Shown here: in pieces, positions 1-10,100 of the stretch
Layout: every line of letters starts with the position of its first letter
How positions within the stretch are numbered: the first letter of the stretch is position 1
Source: Bdellovibrionota bacterium
Lineage (GTDB): Bacteria; Bdellovibrionota_C; UBA2361; OMII01
Direction of reading: 5' to 3'
Assembly (NCBI GenBank): GCA_044345405.1
Contig: JBIJBE010000002.1
Span: 64,001-128,000 of the forward strand
DNA length: 64,000 nucleotides
The notes under the pieces: model-generated
Databases searched by the model: none
The model's input: the letters and a program-made list of their open reading frames with translations, nothing else
What the model was told of the DNA's origin: nothing
Made by a program: the position numbers and the translations under genes

Positions 1-169
1 GGCGTGTCGCCTCCGGTGGCCGCGAAGGCTCCTTGCGCAACCACCTCTCGACGAAGGCGTACGCGTCCAGTCGATTAAACGGGTCACGGAGAAAGCTTCC
101 CATAGTGTCAACAAGAGCCGCCACACCCTCTTGCGACACCATCCGGTGATGGGGGTGTGACTCCTCAAG

Positions 170-679
170 ATGCGTCAGTGCCTCAAGGGCCCGGCGATTT
201 CTCTCGGGTTCGATTCCTCCTATCGTTGCTGCCTTCACGAGAACCGAGGTCACCTCGTTCGAGGCTGCTCGTCGAAGAAGCACAATCGGAAAAAAGAGGA
301 GCTTATCTATCTCACCCTGGTGACGTTCTCGGGTCTTCTCGCTGAAGAAGAGATCGGGATCAACGCACAACTTAGCTATCGCGACCCGCAGGGGTGCCAT
401 ATCAGGCCCGGCGAGTGGCGAGGAGAGGCCGTGGCGAACGGCTTTCAGCTCTCTCGAGACAAGTCCTCGCAGGAACGCGTCCGTACTGAGCAGGGACTTG
501 CGATTGATGAGGTCGACGGCGAAGCCAATATGGGGTGGGCTGAGGACCTTCGCGAGGCGATCACCTATAAAGGTCAGGACCCGACGAGATTCGGTGTCGT
601 AGAGAATTGCTCGAGCCTCTCCGAGATGGACGTCCGTTGGGTGCTCAAGAAGGTGAACGATCTTTCGAGCGTCGCGTGA
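170..679 (+). other. Possible hypothetical protein or gene remnant
   Basis: 169-aa ORF with no recognisable motif; the frame stays open for ~30 codons past the TGA at 677-679, so it may be a decayed gene. Confidence 0.25.
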
Positions 680-961
680 GCCATGGGGCGGGACAAGACC
701 GTCCAGGTCGTGAAGGTCCTTATCGATCTTGTTCGTGCCCTGCGGTACCTTTTTGTTAGATGGGTCTGAATCGTGCGGGGGGATGGCGCCGAATTCCACA
801 ACTGCTCCTTGCTTTCGTATCGACCCTGCAACTAGCTTGAGGCAGGGGACGGCCGAGAGTCTCACGGCCCACGGTGGTCATCAAATCAAACACCGCAATC
901 GGTTATACCTATGCTGATACGAAGTGTGGACCGAACAGAAAGCTACAGATAGCGACAGCGG

Positions 962-3001
962 CTATTCTGGCTCACCTTCCTCGTCGACGATCGTCATATC
1001 CATCGACCGGACGAGTTTGGAAACCCCGAACGGGGGAAGTGCCGCCGCCGGTCGCCCCCAGGTGACGATGCAGAGATTCTCCTCCGCGCGGGTCGTCGCG
1101 ACGTAGAGAAGGTTACGTCCATACTCGTGGGAGCCGTAACTTTGATTGGTTGGATTCCAGAGAAGCACCGAGAAGAACTCCAACCCCTTTACCTGATGCA
1201 CATCGGTTACGAGGATCCCTTCCTCAAATGAGAATGAGTACGCGTCACCGAGCCTTACAAGTTGCCCAAAGGTTGGCTGAAGCATCTTGTACGCGAACTT
1301 CGCCTCCTCAGGGGTCGCGCAGATAACCGCTGTTACCATTGACGGGTAGAGTTCCACCGCCTTGTTGAGCCACTTAAGCATGTGCTCGATGCCGTGAGAT
1401 TCATTTCGGGTCTTGAACCAGATCGGAACACGCCCGTTTCTGCCGGTCTTCACGAGCGAGCGCTGCTGGATATGGTCAGCGAGCTTCATGATAGGGAGTG
1501 TCGATCGATGACTCACCTCAAGCGAGACATACTTCGACATATCGCCACTAAAGTTCCAATGCTTGCGAAGCTTGTCCCATCCGGGGAACGAACCGTGCTC
1601 GTCGATATTTTGGGAGGTATCGCCGACAAGGGTAAGATCTTTGTGGTTCTTTACCGCGCCGATAATAGTTGAGAGCTCTATCGGTGAGAGGTCCTGCACC
1701 TCGTCAACGATCACATGTCCGTACGTTCCGAATTCACCCTTTTCGTTTATCAACCCACCTGTGCGGAGCTGGCACGCCCTAAGGAGGAGCCCGTCATCGG
1801 TCCAGTCGAATACACCTTCGTCGAAGTTTCTTCGCGACCAGTCGTGCGTCTCCCGGACCAGCGCCTCAGAGATCAACCTCGTCTCATCGTGCGCGACGAT
1901 AGCGGATGGGTTCGCAAGCACATCGAGGATATCGCGTTGGAGGCGCTCGATGGTAAGGCCTGTCTCCCGAGGAACTCCCTTCAGCTTCGCCTCAAGCGCC
2001 TTTAACAGCGCCAGAGATCGCTTCACCCGCTGCACGCCAGCAGGGGAAGGGGAGGCGGGGCGGGCGAGCGCGAAATCGGCGCTCGATTGAAGCTTCTTAA
2101 GGGTTCGACCGGCCCACTCATGGTAGGTGCGCACTCCAACCCCCGAGATACCAGCGGAGGGGAGAGAGTTCTCGACGTATCGCCGAAGCGCGGGGCTGAG
2201 CATCAGGAACACACACTCATTCGCCTTAAGGGGCGAATTCTCATGGTGAAGGAGCCACGCGAGGCGATGGAGGGCGACCGTGGTCTTTCCGGAACCCGCG
2301 ACGCCCTGAATCAGGATCGCGGTATCGGCGTCAACGGTGATGGAACGGAATTGCTCGGCGGTAATGAGGGATAGGATCTCGGGAAGATGGCTATCGGTCG
2401 ACTTTCGCCGGTGCATACTTCCAGCGCCCGACTCCCACGTCGCCGTCTTCGCGTTCCAATGAAAGGTGCCGAACCTATTTTGAATCGTCTTCAGATCTCC
2501 ACGCTCGACCTCGACCCGGTTTCGAAGCAGAACCTTCCCAGATCGTTCCCTTCCGAGGATCTCTTCGAGGTAGTCGTCCCCCTCTTTGTATTCATAGTAC
2601 AGCTTCGAAATAGGAGCCTTACGCCAGTCGATAATCCGCAGGTCGGGATTGGCCGCAAAGCCGAGTTTGTACTCAATAATCTTCGTGGAGCCGTTAGCCT
2701 CATCCTCTTCGAGGGAGATGCGGGCGAAATAGGGGTTCTCACGTTGCTTTTTGAGGGTCTCAAGCTCCTCACGCTTGGAGTCCTTGAGGGCGTGGGAGAC
2801 CCCCTCATCTGAGGCGAGCAGGGCCTTATCCTCAACCCGTCGTGTCTCATGAATCTCGGAGGTGATTGCGCGAGCTCGCTGATTTTCGGCGTAGAGGCGT
2901 TGTTCGGCCTTCGCGATCTGCGCCGTAACGCGATCTTTTACGGTCGAAAACACCGCCTGTTCAGCGCTCACACTCTCTTGTTCTTCAGGGCTTAGGCTCA
3001 T
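962..3001 (-). CDS. HelD-like SF1 (UvrD-family) ATPase, RNA polymerase recycling type
   Basis: N-terminal coiled coil, then NPYFARI and IIDWRKAPISKLYY (HelD-like); Walker A GVAGSGKT, VDEVQD, GDTSQNI, KGLEF, LYVATTRA; start set at ATG 3001. Confidence 0.85.
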   Translation of the reverse strand: MSLSPEEQESVSAEQAVFSTVKDRVTAQIAKAEQRLYAENQRARAITSEIHETRRVEDKALLASDEGVSHALKDSKREELETLKKQRENPYFARISLEEDEANGSTKIIEYKLGFAANPDLRIIDWRKAPISKLYYEYKEGDDYLEEILGRERSGKVLLRNRVEVERGDLKTIQNRFGTFHWNAKTATWESGAGSMHRRKSTDSHLPEILSLITAEQFRSITVDADTAILIQGVAGSGKTTVALHRLAWLLHHENSPLKANECVFLMLSPALRRYVENSLPSAGISGVGVRTYHEWAGRTLKKLQSSADFALARPASPSPAGVQRVKRSLALLKALEAKLKGVPRETGLTIERLQRDILDVLANPSAIVAHDETRLISEALVRETHDWSRRNFDEGVFDWTDDGLLLRACQLRTGGLINEKGEFGTYGHVIVDEVQDLSPIELSTIIGAVKNHKDLTLVGDTSQNIDEHGSFPGWDKLRKHWNFSGDMSKYVSLEVSHRSTLPIMKLADHIQQRSLVKTGRNGRVPIWFKTRNESHGIEHMLKWLNKAVELYPSMVTAVICATPEEAKFAYKMLQPTFGQLVRLGDAYSFSFEEGILVTDVHQVKGLEFFSVLLWNPTNQSYGSHEYGRNLLYVATTRAEENLCIVTWGRPAAALPPFGVSKLVRSMDMTIVDEEGEPE

Positions 3002-3106
3002 ACGAGGGGACGAAGAATACCTTACCCACCTCAATCCTTCAAATGATAAACGTCCGTTTCGTTCCGGAGGGACGCAACTATTCCAGGTGCTTACCGATAC
3101 GCATAC

Positions 3107-3775
3107 ATGACATTTTCAGACACCATTCAAACCCTTCAACCCCGGGAGAAGTTAGCCCTGAACGGCCCTCGAGCGCTCTCAGATGAGGAGCTCCTCGCAG
3201 TCATGCTTGGGAGCGGTTCTCATGGGTACAATGTGCGAACAGTGGCCTCTCAGGTCCTTCCGGTCTTGGATACCGACGAGGACGCTAACCTGACTCGCCT
3301 TCAAGAGGTACCAGGAATCGGCCCTTCTAAAGCGTACCTCCTTGCGGCCGCGCTTGAGTTCTCCAGGCGGCGCATTAAGCCGGAGGGGATTCGAATTCGA
3401 AAGGCGAGCGATGTCGTGCCCCTCCTCAACCACCTCCTCGACCGGCCCCAGGAGCACGTCATTAGCATCTCGCTGAGCGGAGCTCACGAGGTGATTAAGA
3501 TTCGCACCGTGTCGATAGGGCTCCTCACAAGCTGCCCAATTCATCCCCGCGAGGTATTCGTAGGACCGATCATGGACCGAGCGTTCTCGGTTATCCTCGC
3601 GCACAACCACCCATCGGGCGATCCGACACCGAGCGAAGAGGATAAAAAGGTTACTCGACATCTCGCGCTCGCCGCGTCCACGCTTGGCATCAAGCTACTC
3701 GACCACATCATCATAGCGCGGCGGGGATTCTATAGCTTTCAAGAGGCGGGGATCTTAACGAGCCGCGAGGGGTGA
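3107..3775 (+). CDS. radC: RadC / JAB-domain protein
   Basis: PREKL..G..ALSDEELLA N-terminus, HhH GIGPSKA, IHPREVF, HNHPSGDPTPSEED, LLDHIII. Confidence 0.93.
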   Translation: MTFSDTIQTLQPREKLALNGPRALSDEELLAVMLGSGSHGYNVRTVASQVLPVLDTDEDANLTRLQEVPGIGPSKAYLLAAALEFSRRRIKPEGIRIRKASDVVPLLNHLLDRPQEHVISISLSGAHEVIKIRTVSIGLLTSCPIHPREVFVGPIMDRAFSVILAHNHPSGDPTPSEEDKKVTRHLALAASTLGIKLLDHIIIARRGFYSFQEAGILTSREG

Positions 3776-4150
3776 ACACCGCTCGAATCCGAAGTTGGTA
3801 AGATACCAATCGAGGTTGTGACCTGGTTGTAGGGCCGACCCTTCAAAGGCGCACGAGACGTACTCCAGAACATCGGAGAAGGCAGCCGTGCACCCCTGTG
3901 CATGTAACCAATCGTACATGCGAGTTACCTGCTCAAGCCACTCCTCAAGGGAGAATTCACTTGCGAGAGCGCGCGCGCAAATCTGAGAAAGGTGTGCCGG
4001 GGCGGCCGGATTATTCTTCCACTCCCTATAAAGGGCGCGCGCTATCGCCGCTGAGCGCTCGGGCGAGAGCTTTGATACCGCCTCTCGATGCTGTTCGCTC
4101 AACGCATTGAGGGAAACGAGGAGGGAGAGGTCATACGCGGGATTTGCCAT
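3755..4150 (-). CDS. Hypothetical protein
   Basis: 131-aa ORF starting 13 bp after the metH stop, GGAG upstream. Confidence 0.6.
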   Translation of the reverse strand: MANPAYDLSLLVSLNALSEQHREAVSKLSPERSAAIARALYREWKNNPAAPAHLSQICARALASEFSLEEWLEQVTRMYDWLHAQGCTAAFSDVLEYVSCAFEGSALQPGHNLDWYLTNFGFERCSPLAAR

Positions 4151-4163
4151 ATGAAAACGGCTC

Positions 4164-7100
4164 CTAGTATCCTAGGTTTGGCGCGAGCCAGCGCTCCGCC
4201 TCCTCGATCGACATACCCTTACGCTTCGCGTATTCGATAACCTGATCCTTATCGATCTTTCCTACGTTGAAATACTTCGACTCCGGATGAGCGAAGTAGA
4301 ACCCCGAGACGCTACTTGCTGGGGTCATGGCGAAGCTCTCCGTTAAGGAAAGACCTATGGACTCCTCAACATCGAGTAGCCTCCACAACTTTCCTTTCTC
4401 CGTGTGGTCAGGGCATGCTGGATACCCGGGAGCTGGGCGAATACCGCGATACTCCTCTCGGATAAGCGCCTCTGACGAGAGATTCTCACCCTTGCCGTAC
4501 CCAAAGAACTCTCGAGCCCGTCTATGAAGGTACTCAGCTAACGCCTCCGCGAACCGATCGCCGAGCGCCTTGACCATGATAGATGAATAGTCATCGCCAG
4601 CGATCTCAAACTCTTTGGCGAATGCCTCAACGCCGTGGCACACGACCGCGAACCCACCCATGTAGTCGGTTATACCCAGCTCTTTCGGGGCGATGAAATC
4701 CGCTAGGCACAGGTTTGGCAGCCCCTGCCGATCTCGCTGTTGCCGTAAGAAGCAGAATCTTCCTTCCTCCGCATGGCCAATTTCGGAATTGCGAACAACG
4801 ACATCATCCCCCTCGGCATGGGCGGGATAGATACCGATCACCCCTTCAAGCCAGAAACGCTTCTCCTCGATAATTCGGGAGAGAAGCTTCTGTCCCTCAG
4901 AGAAGAGCTCCTTTGCTTGCGCGCCATAGGTGCCGTTCTCGAAGATCGTCGGATAGGATCCTTTGAGCTCCCACGTCCAGAAGAAGGGGGACCAGTCGAT
5001 GTACGAGGCTACCTCAGCGAGTGGGAGGTCTCTCACTACGAGGTTCCCAAGTACTGAAGGTGTCTCGATCTCGTAAGGCGCGAACGGTTGCTTTCGCTTC
5101 CGCGCGTCATCGATAGAGATGAACTTAAGCTCGTCACGCCCAGCCGCGAACACGCGCCGCTGCTCGGCCTGATTCTCTTTGAGGTCTTTCACGTACTGCT
5201 TTTTACGCTCCTCGCTCAGGAGGTGCGTGCACACCTCAACTGCGAGCGACGCGTCGGCGACGTGAACAACCGGCCCCGTGTAGTGCGGAGCCAGCTTGAT
5301 GGCGGTATGAGCCCGCGAGGTTGTGGCGCCTCCGATCAAGATGGGGGTGGAAACTCCCTCTCGCTCGAACTCTTTGATGTTGTGCGCCATCTCATCCAGG
5401 GATGGCGTTATCAGCCCGCTCATGCCGATAAGGTCAGCTTTGTGCTCCCGAGCGGCCTTGAAGATATCCTGGAAAGGAATCATCACACCGAGATCGATGA
5501 CTTTGTATCCGTTGCACGCGAGTACGACACCAACGATATTCTTTCCGATATCGTGCACATCGCCCTTCACGGTCGCGATCAGGAAGGTCTTCTGCGCTTC
5601 GGTAGAGCCCTTTGCGGCCTTCTCAGCCTCCATGAAGGGCTCAAGGTAGGCGACGGCCTTCTTCATGACGCGGGCGCTCTTTACTACCTGTGGGAGGAAC
5701 ATCTTCCCGGCCCCGAAGAGATCCCCCACGTGCTTCATACCGTCCATCAGAGGCCCCTCGATCACATCTAGGGGGCGACCCAACTCAACACGCGCCTCTT
5801 CGGCATCCTGTTCAATGAATTCAACGATACCCTTCACCAGGCTGTGGGAGATCCGTTCTCCTAAGGGGAGGTTTCGCCACTCTAGGAGCGCGCTTGAATC
5901 TTTCTCGCTCGTCTTTCCCTTGAACTGCTCAGCGAAGGTTATCAGCTCCTCGGTAGCCTCCGGGTGACGGTTGAGCACGACATCCTCAACACGCTTAAGA
6001 AGTTCAGGCTCGATCTCCTCGTAGACCTCAAGCATCCCCGCGTTCACGATCCCCATATCGAGACCGGCTCGAATGGCGTGGTAGAGGAACACGGCGTGCA
6101 TCGCCTCTCTGACGTGATTGTTCCCACGGAACGAGAAGGATACATTGCTGATACCACCACTCGTCAGGCACCCTGGGCAGGTGGCCTTAATCTCCCGCAC
6201 GGCCTCGATGAAATCGACACCGTACGCGTTATGCTCCTCAATGCCGGTCGCTACCGTGAGAACGTTCGGATCAAAGATGATGTCGTGTGGCGCGATACCA
6301 ACCTCTTCCGTCAGAATCTTGAACGCTCGCTGACAGATTCGAACCTTATCCTCTCTGGTCGCCGCTTGCCCCTTCTCGTCGAAGGCCATGACGACCATGG
6401 CCGCTCCGTACTGATCGACGACGCGGGCTTGCTCCTTGAATTTCTCCTCGCCTTCCTTGAGGCTGATCGAGTTCACGATCGCTTTTCCTTGAACACACTG
6501 AAGCCCCGCCTCAAGCACCGACCACTTTGAGCTGTCGATCATGATCGGAACGCGGGCGATATCAGGCTCGCTCGCGATGAGGTTAAGGAACCTCACCATG
6601 CACCCCTCGCTATCGAGAAGTCCCTCATCAAAGTTCACGTCGATAATGTTCGCGCCATTCTCTACCTGCTGTCGCGCTACGGTGAGGGCCGCTTCGAAGT
6701 TGTTCTCTTCGATTAACTTTCGAAATTTTGGAGAACCGGTCACGTTCGTCCGTTCTCCAACGAGGATAAATGGATTCTCAGGAGCAATAACGAGGGGCTC
6801 AAGCCCTGATAACGCCAAACGACCCTTTACCTTTGGAAGTGGGCGAGGGGGGATGTCGGTAACACGGTCGCGAATAGCGCGGATATGCTCCGGTGTTGTT
6901 CCGCAGCACCCGCCTACGATATTGAGCAGCTTACCGTCGGCGATCTCGCCGAGCGCACCAGCGGTATCGGAAGGCTTTTCATCGTACCCGGTCTCGCTAA
7001 GCGGATTCGGAAGGCCAGCGTTCGGATAGCAACTGATGTAGCAATTCGCGATCGCCGCCAACTCTTGAAGATACGGCCGCATCTCGTGGGCGCCAAGAGC

Positions 7101-7847
7101 GCAGTTGATGCCAACACTCAACGGTCTCGCGTGCTGCACCGAATACCAGAACGCCTGCGCGGTCTGCCCCGACAGGGTACGACCACTCTGATCCGTTATC
7201 GTAACGGACACCATGACCGGAAGTCGCACCCCGGTTTCCTGAAATACACGCTCGACGCCAAAGAGCGCGGCCTTGGCGTTTAAGGTGTCGAAGATCGTTT
7301 CGACGAGAAGGATATCAACGCCTTCCTGGGCAAGGATGAGCGCCTGCTCGTAGTAGGAATCCTCGAGCTGTTTGAAGGTTACCGCTCGGTACGCTGGATT
7401 GTTCACATCAGGAGAGAGCGACGCGGTCCGGTTTGTTGGTCCGATAGCGCCCGCCACAAAGCACCGCCGTTTCGGCTGCTCCGCCATTACCTGTGCCACA
7501 GCTTCCTTTGCTACTCGCACGCTCGAACGATTGATCGCTCCAACCAGCCCCTCAAGCTCATAGTCGGCTTGAGCGATAGTGGTCGAGGAGAAGGTGTTCG
7601 TTTCGATAATATCGGAGCCCGCGAGGAGGTAGTTCTTGTGAATCTCACGAACAATATCTGGTCGGGTGATACTCAGGAGATCGTTGTTACCTTTGAGAAG
7701 CTTCGGGTGGGCCCGTAACCCCTCATCCCGGAAGTCATCCTCTTCGAGCTTATAGGTTTGGATCATCGTACCCATCCCGCCATCGAGAATGAGGTGACGT
7801 TGTCGTAAAAGCTCTGTTATCTCCCCAAAAGTACTAGGTGTTCGCAT
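4164..7847 (-). CDS. metH: Cobalamin-dependent methionine synthase
   Basis: [30 protein letters not shown] pterin domain, B12 motif [14 protein letters not shown]-terminal [12 protein letters not shown]; start set at ATG 7847. Confidence 0.98.
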   Translation of the reverse strand: MRTPSTFGEITELLRQRHLILDGGMGTMIQTYKLEEDDFRDEGLRAHPKLLKGNNDLLSITRPDIVREIHKNYLLAGSDIIETNTFSSTTIAQADYELEGLVGAINRSSVRVAKEAVAQVMAEQPKRRCFVAGAIGPTNRTASLSPDVNNPAYRAVTFKQLEDSYYEQALILAQEGVDILLVETIFDTLNAKAALFGVERVFQETGVRLPVMVSVTITDQSGRTLSGQTAQAFWYSVQHARPLSVGINCALGAHEMRPYLQELAAIANCYISCYPNAGLPNPLSETGYDEKPSDTAGALGEIADGKLLNIVGGCCGTTPEHIRAIRDRVTDIPPRPLPKVKGRLALSGLEPLVIAPENPFILVGERTNVTGSPKFRKLIEENNFEAALTVARQQVENGANIIDVNFDEGLLDSEGCMVRFLNLIASEPDIARVPIMIDSSKWSVLEAGLQCVQGKAIVNSISLKEGEEKFKEQARVVDQYGAAMVVMAFDEKGQAATREDKVRICQRAFKILTEEVGIAPHDIIFDPNVLTVATGIEEHNAYGVDFIEAVREIKATCPGCLTSGGISNVSFSFRGNNHVREAMHAVFLYHAIRAGLDMGIVNAGMLEVYEEIEPELLKRVEDVVLNRHPEATEELITFAEQFKGKTSEKDSSALLEWRNLPLGERISHSLVKGIVEFIEQDAEEARVELGRPLDVIEGPLMDGMKHVGDLFGAGKMFLPQVVKSARVMKKAVAYLEPFMEAEKAAKGSTEAQKTFLIATVKGDVHDIGKNIVGVVLACNGYKVIDLGVMIPFQDIFKAAREHKADLIGMSGLITPSLDEMAHNIKEFEREGVSTPILIGGATTSRAHTAIKLAPHYTGPVVHVADASLAVEVCTHLLSEERKKQYVKDLKENQAEQRRVFAAGRDELKFISIDDARKRKQPFAPYEIETPSVLGNLVVRDLPLAEVASYIDWSPFFWTWELKGSYPTIFENGTYGAQAKELFSEGQKLLSRIIEEKRFWLEGVIGIYPAHAEGDDVVVRNSEIGHAEEGRFCFLRQQRDRQGLPNLCLADFIAPKELGITDYMGGFAVVCHGVEAFAKEFEIAGDDYSSIMVKALGDRFAEALAEYLHRRAREFFGYGKGENLSSEALIREEYRGIRPAPGYPACPDHTEKGKLWRLLDVEESIGLSLTESFAMTPASSVSGFYFAHPESKYFNVGKIDKDQVIEYAKRKGMSIEEAERWLAPNLGY

Positions 7848-8055
7848 GGCCCAAAGCCTACCACGGGAGATCGGGTCGTTCAACCAACGGAGATGCTATG
7901 ATGCCGAGATTGCGGGGTATTTTGGCTTGAGACCCGCCACTGACCCGAGCACATCCTAAAAAGGAGCGACCAAACGCCACACCCGCGCGGAAACTCCTCA
8001 TACCCTTCGTAACCTCTGGATCGAACATCCTAACTCAGAGCGTATCGGAACCCGT

Positions 8056-10050
8056 ATGTGCCAAGAAGTGACCAAGCACACCCCGGCCTCTCGCAAGGTC
8101 TCGGCGGACAAGCAGCTCGCCCTCAGCATGGAGAACACCGTGCGGCTGCGCCAAATGGTCGATGATTATATCTCGGGGGCGCCGGAGATCCCCGAGAGGA
8201 TGCATCAGGCTACAGCTGAGATACGCTCTCGTATCGATGCTGCCGTGGATCCTCTCCTTTCACTCGGCACCGACAAGCCCATCAGCAACGAAGAGGCCTT
8301 CGCGGCCTTCAATAAACTTCGGGGGGTCTTGCACGGATGCGCCGTAAAAGGAGGAGCTCCTCAATCGGAGGAGGAGAAGCTCGCAAAATCGCTTATGGTG
8401 GACTATCGAAAGCACGCCCAGGACTTCGCTGAGGCGGGACTCGAAGTGTTCTCGGTTCCCACCCGTAGAACGAGCACCGGCGCCCATTTTCAACTAAGTC
8501 AGGAGATTACCGACCAAGCAAAATACGCCCGTACTGATGCGCGTGAGGGATCGTTCGGATTTTCACGATTTCTCATCTCAAAACTTCAAGCGGACTCCAC
8601 CCCGTGGAACCCGGTAAACTTTGTAACGGCGCTCTTCAAGCTGAATGACCTCGACCACGGATGGACGAAACGGAGCTACGCGCCCGAGCTGTGCGAATTG
8701 GTGGTCCGCCGGCTCCATACGATCTCGAACAGGGAGCTCTTCGACGGACGGGCGATCGCCAACCTCGCCAAAATCGCGCCGGGGCTGCTCGAGGCCGTTA
8801 CCCGGATCGAGCCCCGCAGTCCACAGCTTGAAAAGATGCTGTTCAACTCCCTCAGCAAGGCGGTGGAGTATTTGGAGGATAAACCGGATGAACGGTTCGC
8901 GGACGGATCGTTTCTCCTTCCAATGAGAGATATCTCAAGTCGATTCCTGACACCGGAAGGGGCCGGCGCGCTGTGCGCGTACGTCGCGAAGCTTAACCAC
9001 CTCTTCTCCCAGATGTCGTATCGAAATCACCTGCCTACCGTGGCGGCAACTTTTCACGCCATTCACGGAATCAGCTCGTGGGCTCTTACGCCCGATTCGG
9101 AAACGAAGTTGACGGTGATGCTGAGCAATCTGAACGACCGCCTGAGTAGGAATACAGCAAACTTCGACCAGATCGCCGCGGCTTCGATCGTGTATGGGCT
9201 TAAAGGCATAGATTTACCGAACCTCTCCCAGGACGCGCAGCTGGAGGTGTGCCGCACGATTAGGCTCGTTGCTGAAGGGGTCGAGCGAATGCCTCTCGGG
9301 ACGAAACTCAATCACGGCGCAATCTCATCGATCATTCATGGACTCACGGTAGCGCTGTGCGTCAAGGAAGGGGCCGTCGCGAGCGCCACAAAGCGACTGG
9401 TAAGCGCCGTTGAAGCGCGTGTCCCGTTCGATGCAGATAGGATCGACCAACTTGGCATGATTGCGGGCGCGCTCGTTACCCTTTGGCCCCACGCCCAAGA
9501 TCACCCCACGCTGCGACAATCCCTTTTGCAGGCGATCGAGGAGCCGAGCGGGCACCCGCTCACATTTACCCGCTCCAACGATAAAGATATGATCGCGTGG
9601 CAAACCCTCCAGCAGGCGTATAGCCTTTTCTCTCGAACCATGCCCCAGCAGCTCCGGGACTTCGTGACCTCGATAAAGCCATCCGTCGAATCGTTCCGAA
9701 GACCGAGCCTGAGCGAGCAGAGGGTCCGTGGCTACCTCGCGGAGTATCCCAAACTAAGCTTGCTGGCGGTGCCCTATATTGACGGCTTTGAGGTTGACCT
9801 CATGATTCGCAAGGGACCCAAGCTCGTCGACCTTGAGGTCGACGGAGGCTTTCATAACGAACCCGCAAAACGGATCGCCGACGCTCAAAGGGATCTCTTC
9901 CTTCGACAGAAGCTTAAGGATATTACATTTGATATCGTGCGAGTCCCCAGCAACTGCACGAAGAGCGAGCTTTTTGCGGAGCTCGATCGTGTCTTCACGA
10001 ACCCCGATGACGCTTCACATAAACCGATAGACGTCACCGTTTCACGATAG
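8056..10050 (+). CDS. Helical-repeat protein with C-terminal RAP/DUF559-like nuclease-fold domain
   Basis: C-terminal GFEVDL...LEVDGGFH......DAQRDLFL pattern typical of RAP/DUF559; internal helical repeats such as AAASIVYGLKGI and AISSIIHGLTV. Confidence 0.6.
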   Translation: MCQEVTKHTPASRKVSADKQLALSMENTVRLRQMVDDYISGAPEIPERMHQATAEIRSRIDAAVDPLLSLGTDKPISNEEAFAAFNKLRGVLHGCAVKGGAPQSEEEKLAKSLMVDYRKHAQDFAEAGLEVFSVPTRRTSTGAHFQLSQEITDQAKYARTDAREGSFGFSRFLISKLQADSTPWNPVNFVTALFKLNDLDHGWTKRSYAPELCELVVRRLHTISNRELFDGRAIANLAKIAPGLLEAVTRIEPRSPQLEKMLFNSLSKAVEYLEDKPDERFADGSFLLPMRDISSRFLTPEGAGALCAYVAKLNHLFSQMSYRNHLPTVAATFHAIHGISSWALTPDSETKLTVMLSNLNDRLSRNTANFDQIAAASIVYGLKGIDLPNLSQDAQLEVCRTIRLVAEGVERMPLGTKLNHGAISSIIHGLTVALCVKEGAVASATKRLVSAVEARVPFDADRIDQLGMIAGALVTLWPHAQDHPTLRQSLLQAIEEPSGHPLTFTRSNDKDMIAWQTLQQAYSLFSRTMPQQLRDFVTSIKPSVESFRRPSLSEQRVRGYLAEYPKLSLLAVPYIDGFEVDLMIRKGPKLVDLEVDGGFHNEPAKRIADAQRDLFLRQKLKDITFDIVRVPSNCTKSELFAELDRVFTNPDDASHKPIDVTVSR

Positions 10051-10100
10051 ACTTCATGCTCTGTTAGACGAGAGCAATCCACTACGTCCTACAAGAGGCG

